Below the pieces are notes generated by a model that worked only from the letters and a program-made list of their open reading frames with translations, ran no database searches and was not told where the DNA came from. From assembly GCA_964016885.1 (NCBI GenBank), contig OZ024741.1, positions 210,304,001-210,368,000 on the forward strand: a DNA stretch of 64,000 nucleotides, read 5' to 3'. Both the position numbers and the translations under genes were made by a program. This document shows positions 15,149 to 28,475 of this stretch, piece after piece; the stretch's first letter is position 1; each line of letters opens with the position of its first letter. The DNA is from Eledone cirrhosa (Eukaryota).

Positions 15149-16085
15149 AAATTATATGAAAACAATAACAATAAACAATGAAAAAATATAAAGTATAAAA
15201 TATAAAAAGTACAACATATATAAAGTATAAAATATATAAAGTACAAAATATATAAAGTATAAAATATATAAAGTATAAAATATATAAACATATAACAATA
15301 ATAATGCTTTATTTATTATAGTCATTATGGTGATGATGATCATGGCGTTTTTTGTTGTTGATGATGATGATGATGATGATTGTGATGACGATGAAGACGA
15401 ACACAGTTATTGTAATAATAACAATGATGATAACAATGATAATATAATATAATATAGTATAATAATATAATGAATAACGGCAACAATAACGAGGAAGAAC
15501 AATACTGAAATATAAAGAAAACCTCGCTTCGTCTCCTCTGAAAATGAAAATTATTTCGACATTTGTATTACTGATGAGTTATGTTGACAGTTTGAGATAC
15601 AATGGTGTCTTGATAGAGAGATAGGTGGTGGTGGTGGTGGTGGTAGTGGTGGTGGTGGTGATGATGGGTGTTGGGGGGGTGATGGTGGTAGTGGTGTTGG
15701 TAGTGGTGGTGGTGGTGGTGGTAGTGGTGGTGGTAGTGGTGGTAGTGGTGGTTGTGGTGGTGGGTGGTGGTGATGGTGGTAGTGGTGGTGGTGGTGGAGG
15801 TGATGGTGGCGGTGGTAGTGGTGGTGGTGGCGGTGGCGGTGGTGGTGGTGGTGGTGATGGTGGTGATAGAGACATAGATGGTAGTTGTAGTCGTGGTGGT
15901 GGTGGCTGTCTTGAGAGGGACATGGGTGGTGGTGGGGGAAGAAGAAGAAGGAGGAGGAGGAGAAGAAGATGATGAAGAAGAAGAAAGAAGAAAAATAAGA
16001 ATAAGAAGAAGAGGAGAAGAAGAAGAAGAAGAAGAAGAAGAAGAAGAAGAAGAAGAAGAAGAAGAAGAAGAAGAAGAAGAAGAAG

Positions 16086-16120
<35 letters not shown>

Positions 16121-16331
16121 CTACATCAACATCATCAACAAGAACAACATGAATAAAAAGTACAATAATCGGCTTTAATATTTTGAAGTGCTGAAGCAAA
16201 CAAAACGTGGTAGGAGAGAAAGAAGAAAGAATGGAAGATTAATAATAAACGTAATTATTATAAAGAAATTGAGAAAAATGATTTCTTTGATAAAAAGATT
16301 TGAAATTAAACAGAAAAAAAAGAGATTAAGT

Positions 16332-16386
<55 letters not shown>

Positions 16387-17829
16387 GTATATATGTATGT
16401 ATGTATATATATGTATATAATATATATATATATTTATATATATGTATATATATATATATACACATACATATATATAAATATATATATTATATATATATAA
16501 ATACACACACATATATATATATATTAAATAGAAAGCAGAAGAGAATTAAAAAAACAACAACGAAAATTAAACAACGAAAGGAACGACAAAAATAGAAACG
16601 AAAACCACGAAAACTACAACGACAATCACACCTGACCACAACAACAACAACACCAACCACAACCACTACTCCACCACAACAACCACCACCATCACAACCA
16701 CCACCACCACCACCACTACACCACCACGACCATGACCACCACCACGACCATGACCACCACCATCACAACGACGATAACACCAACCATACCCACAACACCA
16801 CCATCACCACCACCACCACCGCCACCACCACGACCACCACCACGACCACCACCACAACAACAACAACCACAACAACAATACCAACAACAGCAGCAACCAT
16901 AACCACTGCACCTTCACAACAACAACGACAACTCCAACCACCACCACCACCACCACCACCACCGCCACCACGCTCACAACCACCACCCCACCACCACAAC
17001 AACAACAACAACAACCACAACGACGACAACAACGACAACAGCCACAGTAATAACAACAACGGTGACGACAATAACAACAACAACAATGACAACACACAAA
17101 ACAACCACAACAACGACTATAACTACAAGAAAAGCAACAACGGCACATACAACAACCACAATAAGAAGAACGACGACGACGACAACAACAACAAAAACAA
17201 CAACACCACCACCACCAACAACAACAACAGCAACAACAGCTACCACAACCACAACAATAACAACCACAACAATGGCGGCAATAATAACGAAAGCACACGA
17301 AATCGGCATCTTTAAGAGCTTAACGCTCACACATATTAAGATGGCGGTTGTTATAAGATGGGAATTTTTAAGTCAGTAATTCGGGATAGAAATGTTTGAA
17401 TGATTTTTGCATTAGGAAAAGTAAAGTATTAGAGTATTAAGGGATTTCACAAAATGGACAATCTCTTTTGAAAGTGTAAAACGTCGTCTCGTGTGTAATA
17501 CTGGCGTTATAGAACAAATTACTTTAAATACAAACACATTTTACTAATATGTTTATATAAGCGTGAAATGGTGGAAAATGTGCGTTTTAATGTAATGTTT
17601 CTGTATACACTTTTTATATTCCTTTATACATTAAATGCTTTCACTTACTAGACTGCGGCCATGCTCGAGCATTACATTAAAGAGATTTAGTTGATTGTAT
17701 ATAAGGTAGTTTTTTTTTGTTTTTTTTTCAAGTCTGGTAAATATTTTATTTACATATTTTCTTTGTCGAACCGCAAGTTTACCCGATATAAAAGAACTGC
17801 ATACACATACATGATGTATATGGATATAT

Positions 17830-18402
<573 letters not shown>

Positions 18403-20244
18403 GGATACTATTTATGGTTATGTATATACTAAAACTTTTATAGTTATATATATTTTAAACCCTAAACAGTGAAGGTCAGTAATTTATTACTACCTTATTA
18501 CTAGTAAGATAAATAGCTCAATGTAATAACATCAGTTGTTCTACAGAGCAGTTATATAGAATTTACAAGAATCAAAGCTATGTTCAAAGCATTTATTCAC
18601 TTACAATCGTTTCATCCAAACCTAGGCTTGGAGTCTTCGGACCATTTTTCAATGTTTGTACACATAATTGACCTCCTTTCCAACGCAAGAGACATATAGA
18701 TACATATGTATATATTGATGTACAGTGGAGTGACATATATTATATTATATTATTTCTGTATAGCAATTCAAATTCAAAATCAAAATCAAAATTAAAATTA
18801 AAACAAAATTAAAACAAAATTAAAATACATTCGGCAGTTAACATAGATAATGCAAGAGGATAGTTTGTTAGTCAGATGTAGTAGTTATTGTATGAGTTAG
18901 TTACACGTCGGGCATGCACGTGTGTCTCATTTATATATGATTATTGTGTGGCAGGGTGTTACATGTAATACAAGCACATTAAGTGGGTAAGTAAGAGTAT
19001 TATGGAGGTTGTAGTGGTAAGGTATTTTTTGTATATAATAAAAAGTATGTGTGCAAAAAATAAAAATAAAAAGGAGAAGCAAAAGAAAGTTATGGTTTTC
19101 GTATCCACCACCATTTTCACATTCAGGAAATGTAATATATAGTTTATACATCCATCACATAATTAACGATGATTGCGTATTGGATGTTTGATGCATTAAA
19201 TTAAATTATTTTAGCTTATTGCGGCTCAGTGTTCTTTAATCCAATTTTATAGAGTAGGTTGTTTCTGCTGCGATAATTTACATCGGTTTATTATCCGGAA
19301 GTATGTGTGTAATTAAGGGGAGTTAATGTGTAAGGAGAGGTAACTAGCTGATTTCCATAACTAAATTTATTGTTCTAACATACATTATAAGGTGTCTCAA
19401 TTGAGTCCCCTATATAGACGGTTATATATTTATATTCAGTTTCCAATTTTAAATACAGTCTACTATATCATGATGTACTAAAGGTATTTATATTAGGATG
19501 ATACTCCATATCATAGAGTGCTACAACTGAATATTCCATACAAGGAGCCATATCTTTATATCAAAGTTCTTTGCAAATGTAGTCTACTCACAGAACATGT
19601 CAGGGGACCTATTAGATCTATGTCTACATAACCCCTGGTAAGTTCTGGAGCAGTGTATGGCTGTTTGCATGGCAAAGCTAAATACATCTCTAGGGCAGAC
19701 AAGAACATCCCACATTTACAATGTCATTAATCTATCCATCAAGTTTTACTTGCATATATAACTCACATACCATTCATACATAATTTATTGCACTCAACAT
19801 ATAGGTTATACAGATCTCTTATGTTAATAAATTAATCTTATATATATCCAATGTTATCACTCCATACATACACATACATTTGCATAAATAATTCATTGTC
19901 GGGACTGGTATTTAAAGCTTACATAGACTGTATTGTATCACTATATAATTATAAGTAATTGAAAGTATTTATACTAAAAGTGTGTATGGTTATTATTCTT
20001 ATTACTATTTTTACTCATGGATATATTGTGCGAAATAATGATGTAACTATGTGTTTTTGTAGGTAGGAACTCGATCTCATTATTTTTCGTCATGAGATAG
20101 ATTACAGATTCTATTGGATATTCTCTTAGAGATAGAGTTTAATATTGATCTAGGGTTTAATATTGATCTAGACTTGGTATCTACGTAAATCAGTTTTTCG
20201 TTATTATTATCAGTAAGAAAATTTTGGATAAACATATTTGGATA

Positions 20245-20325
20245 AATATATTTGAACTCAGACCGTAAAGGGAAGTAACTATGGTGGAAAGCATAGCGTC
20301 CGACCCTCTACCGATACTGCCAATG
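20245..20325 (-). mobile_element. tRNA-like head of the Meta-like SINE
   Basis: atttgaactcaga..gcatagcgtccgaccctctaccgatactgcca matches 3911-3983 and 24537-24611. Confidence 0.7.
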
Positions 20326-20387
20326 CAAATAATGTTTGTCCATATGCTGCAACACTGACCACGACTATATATATATATATATATATA

Positions 20388-22347
20388 TTATACTTGGGGA
20401 GGGTCATATTTGTGTAATATTGCCAGAATTAATAACAGAACACACTCACTGTTTGGTTGGTTTTCGCTTCTCGCTTCTGTGTCTTTTATATCGGTAATCT
20501 AATATACTCGGTCCTCAATGTTGCCATTGACTGACCGGCGGTCAAAAATAATACAGATACAATATAGACACAAACACATATATATAGTTTATCATAAATC
20601 TTTCGTTGCACATCTGCAACATCGTCAGTGGTGCTATATTTTCCTCCTGTTGTATTGTATGTCTACGCCATTTTTATTCAGTCTGTCTATATATTTATTT
20701 ATTTATTTGCTTGTTTGTTTATTTTATTTTGTCTTCTTTGCGCATGCGTTTGCGTGTGTGTGTAGTGTTTTGTTTGCTGTGTGATGGGTGACTAGTGTGT
20801 GTTTATGTGCTTGTTGTTATTGTGCTTGTGTATGTATTTATTTATTTATTTATTTATTTTATTTTATTTACTTATTTATACTTCTCTTAGGTCAGTGTTG
20901 TTTGTTTGGGTGTGTTCCATTCATTCTTTCTGTTTAGCCTTGGTCTTCTAATTTCTATTTCACTGGCCTCTCTGATTTGCCTATCTGCTGGGTCATTTCT
21001 ATGTTTAGATATTATTCTAATTTCTATGTTGTCTATGTTACCGTCATGTTGTTGTCTAGCATGTTCGTATAGTACTGACCCGTTTTTTCGTCCTTTTAGT
21101 TCCCCCCAGTGTTGGTCTATCCGTTCACCTATGCTACGAACTGTTTCACCTATCTATGTTGTTGTCATGTTTCTGCAAGTACCCTCTGTACATCTTATGC
21201 TATAGACTACGTTTCTAGTTTTACAGTTTATCCGGGGGTTCACCTTACATATGATACATTTCCTATTGGTACAGTGGGTTTTCTTAAAAGGGTAGGTTTT
21301 GCTGATCAGGGATTTTATGGTGGTTCCTGGCTTTTCTACCACCTTTATTTTTAAGTGGGTCTTTCTCAGGGCTTTTCTACACTGGTTAGCTAATTTCCCT
21401 CCAGGGGTAGCGTCCACAAACATGACACTCTGGTATCTCTGGTTGTCGTACCATGAGGTGGCTTTCCCTATCTTATGTCTAGCCCTATCTAAGCTATTCC
21501 ATGATTTGCTCCTGTATAATGGGCAAATTCCTTTCATGTCCAGTTTTATGAGGGTCTTATACTTCTCCATGGCCCCTTCGTATACTCTGATTCTGTCTCT
21601 TTGGTCGTAGCCAGAGAACTGCATGCGGTTGATGAAGTGTTGGATGTGTCTTTCCATTTCTGTTGGGTCGCACATGCGGGACACATTCTTCATCACTCGT
21701 ACCAAATCTGCGATCAGAATATTAAACTTAGCACTACTGGACATTGCTGAGTTTTTGAGTATCAGGTATTTGGAGGCCATGGGTTTAGCATAGTGTGAGT
21801 GGAGAATTTGGGCTCTCTCGTCTATAGTATTAATCCAGAGTTCTGTGTCTAATACAGGTAGTCTATTGTTAGGGTGTTTGGAAGGGAAGTCGATAGTTAC
21901 AGTTATACTCTGGTGTATGGAATTAGCTATCTGCTGGATGCTTTCCATCGTGCTACGTTCTAAATCAAACTTGTTAGTGCTCTCTAGTGGGGGTGTTCTT
22001 ATAACTATATTGATATCGTCTACATAACGAGAGTACATGATGAGTTCTATGGAGCTCTCATTAAGGAGATCTTTAAGTCTCCTTTCCCACCATACCATGA
22101 AAAGGTTGGCAACATCACCAGCTATGCTGACGCCGATGGCTGCTCCCGGTCAGTCAATGGCAACATTGAGGACCGAGTATATTAGATTACCGATATAAAA
22201 GACACAGAAGCGAGAAGCGAGAAGCGAAAACCAACCAAACAGTGAGTGTGTTCTGTTATTAATTCTGGCAATATTACACAAATATGACCCTCCCCAAGTA
22301 TAACAATATTTGTTTCGACACACGATTTCATATAAAAAACCTCGCAA

Positions 22348-22350
<3 letters not shown>
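20388..22350 (-). mobile_element. 5'-truncated Penelope-like element (family 2) with an inverted pLTR fragment (22147-22350) at the 5' junction
   Basis: RT motifs GAAIGVSIAGDVANLFM, YSRYVDD, LPVLD and thumb; Cys-rich linker; GIY-YIG NVVYSIRC..IGETVRSIGERIDQH..RQIREA..LNRKNEW with one stop at 21154. Hammerhead-like core at 20593-20630. Confidence 0.9.
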
Positions 22351-22414
<64 letters not shown>

Positions 22415-22417
<3 letters not shown>

Positions 22418-23127
22418 TTAAGAATTATCCAGTTGAAGGTTTTTCCCACAAGTGAGATCCCCCTGTAGTTGTTATTAGAGAGATCTCCCTCCTTCATTGG
22501 CACAGGGCAACTCTTTTCTCCAGTGCCTGGTTACAGAACTCCAGGATGATATCATCAAAATCCTACCTCTTCATCACCTCTGGTGCCATTCCATCTCCTC
22601 CATGGGCCTTGCCCTCCTTGATCTTCTTCTTGGCTCTTTGAAGTTCCTCTCTAGCGAAGCACCCTGTCTCAATATCCATATCCTCAAACAACTGTCTCTC
22701 TCCCCAGTGTTCTGGGTTGTGGGTGGCGGCTCTCCTAGTAGGGTCTTAAAATGGTTCAGCCATTTCCTCTTCGTATCTTCGGGCTCTGTTCCCTGGATCT
22801 GACTCGAACTCCCTCTCCTCCCCCTTGTGTTCTCGTTGTTGATTATCCAGCTCTCTTTACACTCACAACTGTCGACCACATTTCTGATCTACTCTACAGC
22901 GCCTCCGCGCTGGCCTCAGTGTAAGTGGTACATAGTTCTTCCTTCACCACCTCCACATTCTCCTTCCTCTCATCGGGAGGATCAGCATGGAATTGGTCCT
23001 TGGCAGCTTTCAGGAGTTCTCTGACTACGCACACATCTGGCCCTGCAGAGCTGACATTCTTCCACTTCACCTCCAGCAAGGTGTCCCTCAGTAGTCTCCC
23101 GTTTCGTTCATTTTTACTTAATACTGG

Positions 23128-23128
<1 letters not shown>
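22415..23128 (-). pseudogene. Decayed RTE-clade LINE fragment
   Basis: SWIINNENTRGR, KRKWLNHFKTLLG and ..KEGDLSNNNYRGISL resemble the RTE linker and RT N-terminus; multiple frameshifts. Confidence 0.6.
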
Positions 23129-23175
<47 letters not shown>

Positions 23176-23772
23176 TTTTTCCTCTGCTGCTACACCGTCT
23201 TTTTCGTTTTATGTATCTTTACCCTTTCTAGCAGTCTCTCTCTCTGTTAGCCTCTTCCTCACCCTTCACTCACTCATTCTCTGTCACTACCTCTCCTCCT
23301 CCTCTTTCTTCCCGTTTGACCTGTGAGTAATTCTTTTCTCTCACATTCTCGGCCAAGCTGGTCGGAATTTTTTCTCTCTCGTCTACGATTTCACAGAACT
23401 TATGTTTACCGAATTTGCAGACCAGACCCCTTCTTCCTCCCGTTAGACCTGTGCGAAATTCCTTCCTTGCTCACATTTCAACCAGGTTTGATGGTCTTTA
23501 TTCTCTCGTTCACGATTTCACCGAACTTAAATTCATAGAAATCTGGGACTTGTCTCTTTCTTCCTCACTTTCTGTTGCTTCACCATTTTGTTTGTTTACC
23601 CTCGCGTCCCCTTTATTTACGTGTCCCAACGACTTTTTTTAGCCGTTGCTCGCACCAACCGGAGGTATATGGTCTTTAAAGCGATGAAATTCCTATGATG
23701 GTTGGAAGATCACTGATGAAGGACAAACTTTTTTTATATGTAACCCATTTGCAACTCCGCAGCGCCCTTATT

Positions 23773-23819
<47 letters not shown>

Positions 23820-23822
<3 letters not shown>

Positions 23823-24208
23823 ATATTAATAAATGGAAACTATATTTATAAAACCATAATTATTTTATTATATATATTTGAAGGGCAGCCAAGGAAAATT
23901 ATTATTCGCTACCCAGCGAATCTCAACCGTTAAGGTTGTCTTTATGTGGGTATGTCAATATTTATTTATAAAACAAATTTGTATTTTATTTATTTATAAA
24001 ACAAATTTGTATTTTATCTGATGAAAGCGCACCATAATTTGCCTTGGTTGCCCTTGAAATATATATATAATAAAATAATTATGGTTTTATAAATATAGTT
24101 TCCATTTATTAATATATTGAATATTTAATCCACTAATTTGTTGAGTGCTTTATATCAGTTATAAAACTTTAAGCTTGTTGAATTCCAACAAATTAAATAT
24201 AACCTCTG
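23820..24208. mobile_element. Short non-coding PLE-type element with inverted arms (23820-23895 and 24042-24119) in (TA)n
   Basis: Inverted repeat visible; downstream sequence shared with 27951-28417. Confidence 0.7.
24010..24077 (+). ncRNA. Minimal type I hammerhead ribozyme fold
   Basis: tattttat-CTGATGA-aagcgcacc..ggttgccctt-GAAA-tatatata-TA-ataaaata: 8-bp stem I and palindromic stem III. Confidence 0.75.
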
Positions 24209-24209
24209 C

Positions 24210-24259
<50 letters not shown>

Positions 24260-24404
24260 CTGTGTTTGTTTGTATATACATAAATATCCAGCCCCCACCT
24301 CATTCCCCTAACCGATACATATAAGCCTGTTCTGTGTGGGGTATTTAGCTATGTATGTACATCTTCATGCACATCAATTCATTCTACATTGGCTTGATAA
24401 AAAT

Positions 24405-24613
24405 AATGATTCTACTATAGGCACAAGGCCAGCAATCTGGAGAGAGGAGAAAGTCTATTAAATCGACCCCAGTGCGTGACTGGTACTTTATTTTATCGAC
24501 CCTGTAAGGATGAAAGGCAAAACTAGCCTCGTCGAGATTTGAACTCAGAACGTAATGGGCCGTAACTCTATGTTGCAAAGCATGGTGTCCGACGCTCTAC
24601 CGATACTGCCACC
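24405..24613 (-). mobile_element. Near full-length tRNA-derived Meta-like SINE
   Basis: A box tggcagtatcgg, B box gttcaaatc, core gcctttcatcct..gtcgataaaataaagtaccag, 3' end gctggccttgtgcc..gtagaatcattatt. Confidence 0.85.
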
Positions 24614-25159
24614 AACCTTGGCTTGAAAAAAAAATGTTTTACCAGTAATATACTGATGTAAATATAACTGATTAATCTCTCTCTCTCTCTCACTATCTCT
24701 CTCGCTCTCTCCCCCTCTCTCTCTCTATCTCTCTCTCTCTTCATCTCTTCACTAATATTTCGTCGCCTTCGCTCATTTTTACCTAATGCTAGAAATCAAT
24801 ATTAATAGATCGATAAGCTGTGTCTGTCAATCTTACTCTCCTCTCCGTATGACAACAGACCTTCCAAGTGTGGACTTGCTTCAACACGCAAATATTTGCG
24901 AAAAGGATTACAGTTGTGATATAGAGAGCAGCCCAGGAGTGTGTCACTAATCGCTTTAATGTAGTCTGCTAAACATAATAAACAAACATTAATCTTTGAA
25001 ACTTCAATCTTTCAGACGGTTAATCTTAGAGAGAAATGGTAGATGTAGAGGAGGAGGTAGAGGGGGAAGTAGAGGCGGAGGTAGAGGAGGAAGTAGAGGA
25101 GGAGGTAGAGGAGGAGGTAGGGATAGGGTGGGAGGAGAAGGAAAAATAGAACAGAGTGG

Positions 25160-25555
25160 ACCCCAGTTAGTTACGACGATGACCAGTGTTCCAGTTGTTG
25201 AATCAAGCGAGCCAATAGAGCCTACTTATGGAATTTATACGTAAGGGGATATGTATTCCGTAGACACGTGTACTCTTAAAGTGATTCATAGGTCGATTTG
25301 GCGCATCACAATGTGTGTCAGGGCTGGCCCTGAAATTACAGATACATTGTAGTGAGAGTCTCTGAGCATTCTACAGATAAGTGGACACTTAACGTTATTT
25401 GCGGGGAGAGGCAGCGTGTTTCAGTGTGTGCCAAAGCTGGTCTTTAAATTATAGGCAGTCCAGGTTCAATTGTAGAGTATTCCACAGGCATGTGAACACT
25501 TCAGGTAATTCTCAGGGAGATCCAGCATTACATAGTGTGTACCAAGGCTGGGCAG
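25160..25555. repeat. Three diverged ~112-bp tandem units, probably SINE-derived
   Basis: Units at about 25257, 25369 and 25480 share ttc(c/t)(a/g)cag..gtg..ac(a/t)ctt..gtgtg..ca..gctgg. Confidence 0.6.
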
Positions 25556-25898
25556 TTACGAGGATAGACTGAACATTTCATATGCTGACTTTGAACGAGT
25601 GATGCTAAAGCTGAGGTATCTTGCATGTTTTAATTTCAACTCTTCTCATGAATAAATGCATTTTTTCTTTCCAGGGTCTATGTGAAAAATAAACCTCATT
25701 TGGTCATTACATGAGAGTATCTTGGTCAGCTAATGAACGTTTCAGCCTATCCTCGTGTGTTACACACACTCAATGATTCATTGTATTGTATATAAACCAT
25801 ACACGATGTTTTTATATAAAATAGAAATGAGAACTTCGCTACCACAACATTATTACCCCTACTATTTATGATTAACGGTGTTTTAGTGCTACTGCTAA

Positions 25899-25950
<52 letters not shown>

Positions 25951-26239
25951 AACACAGACACACAGACGGATAGACACACACACAGACACAGACACGCACA
26001 CGCACACACGCACACGCACACGCACACACATATATATATATACACATATACGCATTGTTTACCCTAGCTTGGCAGAAAACCATTTGGCAATTACATAATA
26101 ATTAAAAGCACACTGTTAATGTAAAAGACAACAAACATTAATTGATTATGGCTATTAATATCAAAGGCTGACCTTTCATTATGAAGGTCTAATTACGTAA
26201 ATATTACCTAATAATGTTGCAAAAAAAAAATATATATAT

Positions 26240-26270
<31 letters not shown>

Positions 26271-26274
26271 TATG

Positions 26275-27096
<822 letters not shown>

Positions 27097-27115
27097 CATA
27101 CATACATACTTACAT

Positions 27116-27193
<78 letters not shown>

Positions 27194-27211
27194 TATATAT
27201 ATATATATATA

Positions 27212-27394
27212 TAGGAGAAAGTATAACCCCGACGGCAGAGCTCAATCCTTTTCGACAGCTATTTCAGCCGTCTAAACGGCTTGAGCTCTGCCGTTGGGGG
27301 TCATACTTTCTCCTATTACCCACTCTACTACCCTAAGTATTGAGTACCCTGGTGCGTTATAGTCCATCTGGTTACTTACCACAACTCCTTCGTT
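27212..27394. mobile_element. Foldback pLTR fragment of PLE family 3
   Basis: taggagaaagtataaccccgacggcagagctcaa pairs with ttgagctctgccgttgggggtcatactttctccta; the remainder is the reverse complement of 28473-28550. Confidence 0.7.
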
Positions 27395-27493
27395 ATATAT
27401 ATATATATATATATCATAATCTATAATATATATATATATAGTGAAAGGGTGAAGAATAACATGGTTGGTTGTACAAAAAGGGTTTTATTTACA

Positions 27494-27556
27494 GTATTAA
27501 CAATTGTTTCTTTAATCAGGTGAGTCTAAAGTCCTCTGATCAAATCATCGGAATAC
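27494..27556 (-). ncRNA. Type I hammerhead fold with CCGATGA (U4C) core, in an element with inverted arms (27440-27535 and 27620-27724)
   Basis: gtatt-CCGATGA-tttgatcag..ctgattaaa-GAAA-caattg-TT-aatac. Confidence 0.7.
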
Positions 27557-27890
27557 TCTATTACAATGATTTGATCCGAGACGTACACTGTAATTAAGGT
27601 TGAAAAAAGCAATTTTGATTGATTAGGTGCCTTTAGACTCATCTGATTAATGAAACAATTGTTAATATTGTAAATAAACACTTTTTGTAGAGCCGACCAC
27701 ATTATTCTTCACTCTTTCACTACTATTTCTCCAAGAACGACCTGCATGAGAATTCTCGCAAACTAGCCACCTAACTAAGGAAAACTCTTGTTGAGTCAAA
27801 CAACGCCGTACATAAAACTATCCATAGTACAGAGTACTCACAACCTCTAACTGGATTACCTGAAAGGATAACACTTGTTATCCCATATAC

Positions 27891-27950
<60 letters not shown>

Positions 27951-27952
<2 letters not shown>

Positions 27953-28410
27953 AAAGTTATATTTAAATTGTTGGGTTAACAACGAGTAAATATTTATAAC
28001 TGATATAAAAGCACTCAACAAGTATTTGGAGTATATTTATGATATTAAATAAATGGAAACTATATTTATAAAACCATATTTATTTCGTTATATATATTTC
28101 AGGGATATCATATTAACAATATGTTATGCCATCTTCAGACAAAATACAATATAAACAGTCTTATAAATAAATATATACGACATACCTTTCAATCACCTTG
28201 CATTTGGGAGGTTGATTTGGCAGCATCAACCTCCCAAATCAACCTCCCAAATGCAAGGTGATTGAAAGGTATGTCGTATATATTTATTTATAAGACTGTT
28301 TATATTGTATTTTGTCTGAAGATGGCATAACATATTGTTAATATGATATCCCTGAAATATATATAACGAAATAAATATGGTTTTATAAATATAGTTTCCA
28401 TTTATTTAAT

Positions 28411-28417
<7 letters not shown>
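27951..28417. mobile_element. Palindromic PLE-type element (arms about 28038-28220 and 28235-28417) with a hammerhead on each strand
   Basis: tattttgt-CTGAAGA-..-GAAA-tatata-TA-acgaaata at 28308-28373 (+), mirrored at about 28081-28146 (-). Confidence 0.75.

Positions 28418-28472
<55 letters not shown>

Positions 28473-28475
<3 letters not shown>

Larger units (their letters stand above)
13955..17290. repeat. Patchwork of trinucleotide microsatellites: (TTC),(TCG),(TCA),(ACA),(CTA),(GGT),(GAA),(CCA)
   Basis: Directly visible; explains the homopolymeric ORFs in all frames. Confidence 0.95.

Noticed and set aside
13921-17379. Poly-E/D/S/T/P/H/V ORFs resembling low-complexity proteins
   Set aside because: Pure trinucleotide repeats, open on both strands, with no domain or exon structure.
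23700-23770. CTGATGA at about 23713 as another hammerhead
   Set aside because: No downstream GAAA or stem II pairing.
25160-25555. CRISPR-like repeat-spacer array (also the ~120-bp repeats at 30530-30780)
   Set aside because: Eukaryotic context, diverged tandem units without unique spacers, and no cas genes.
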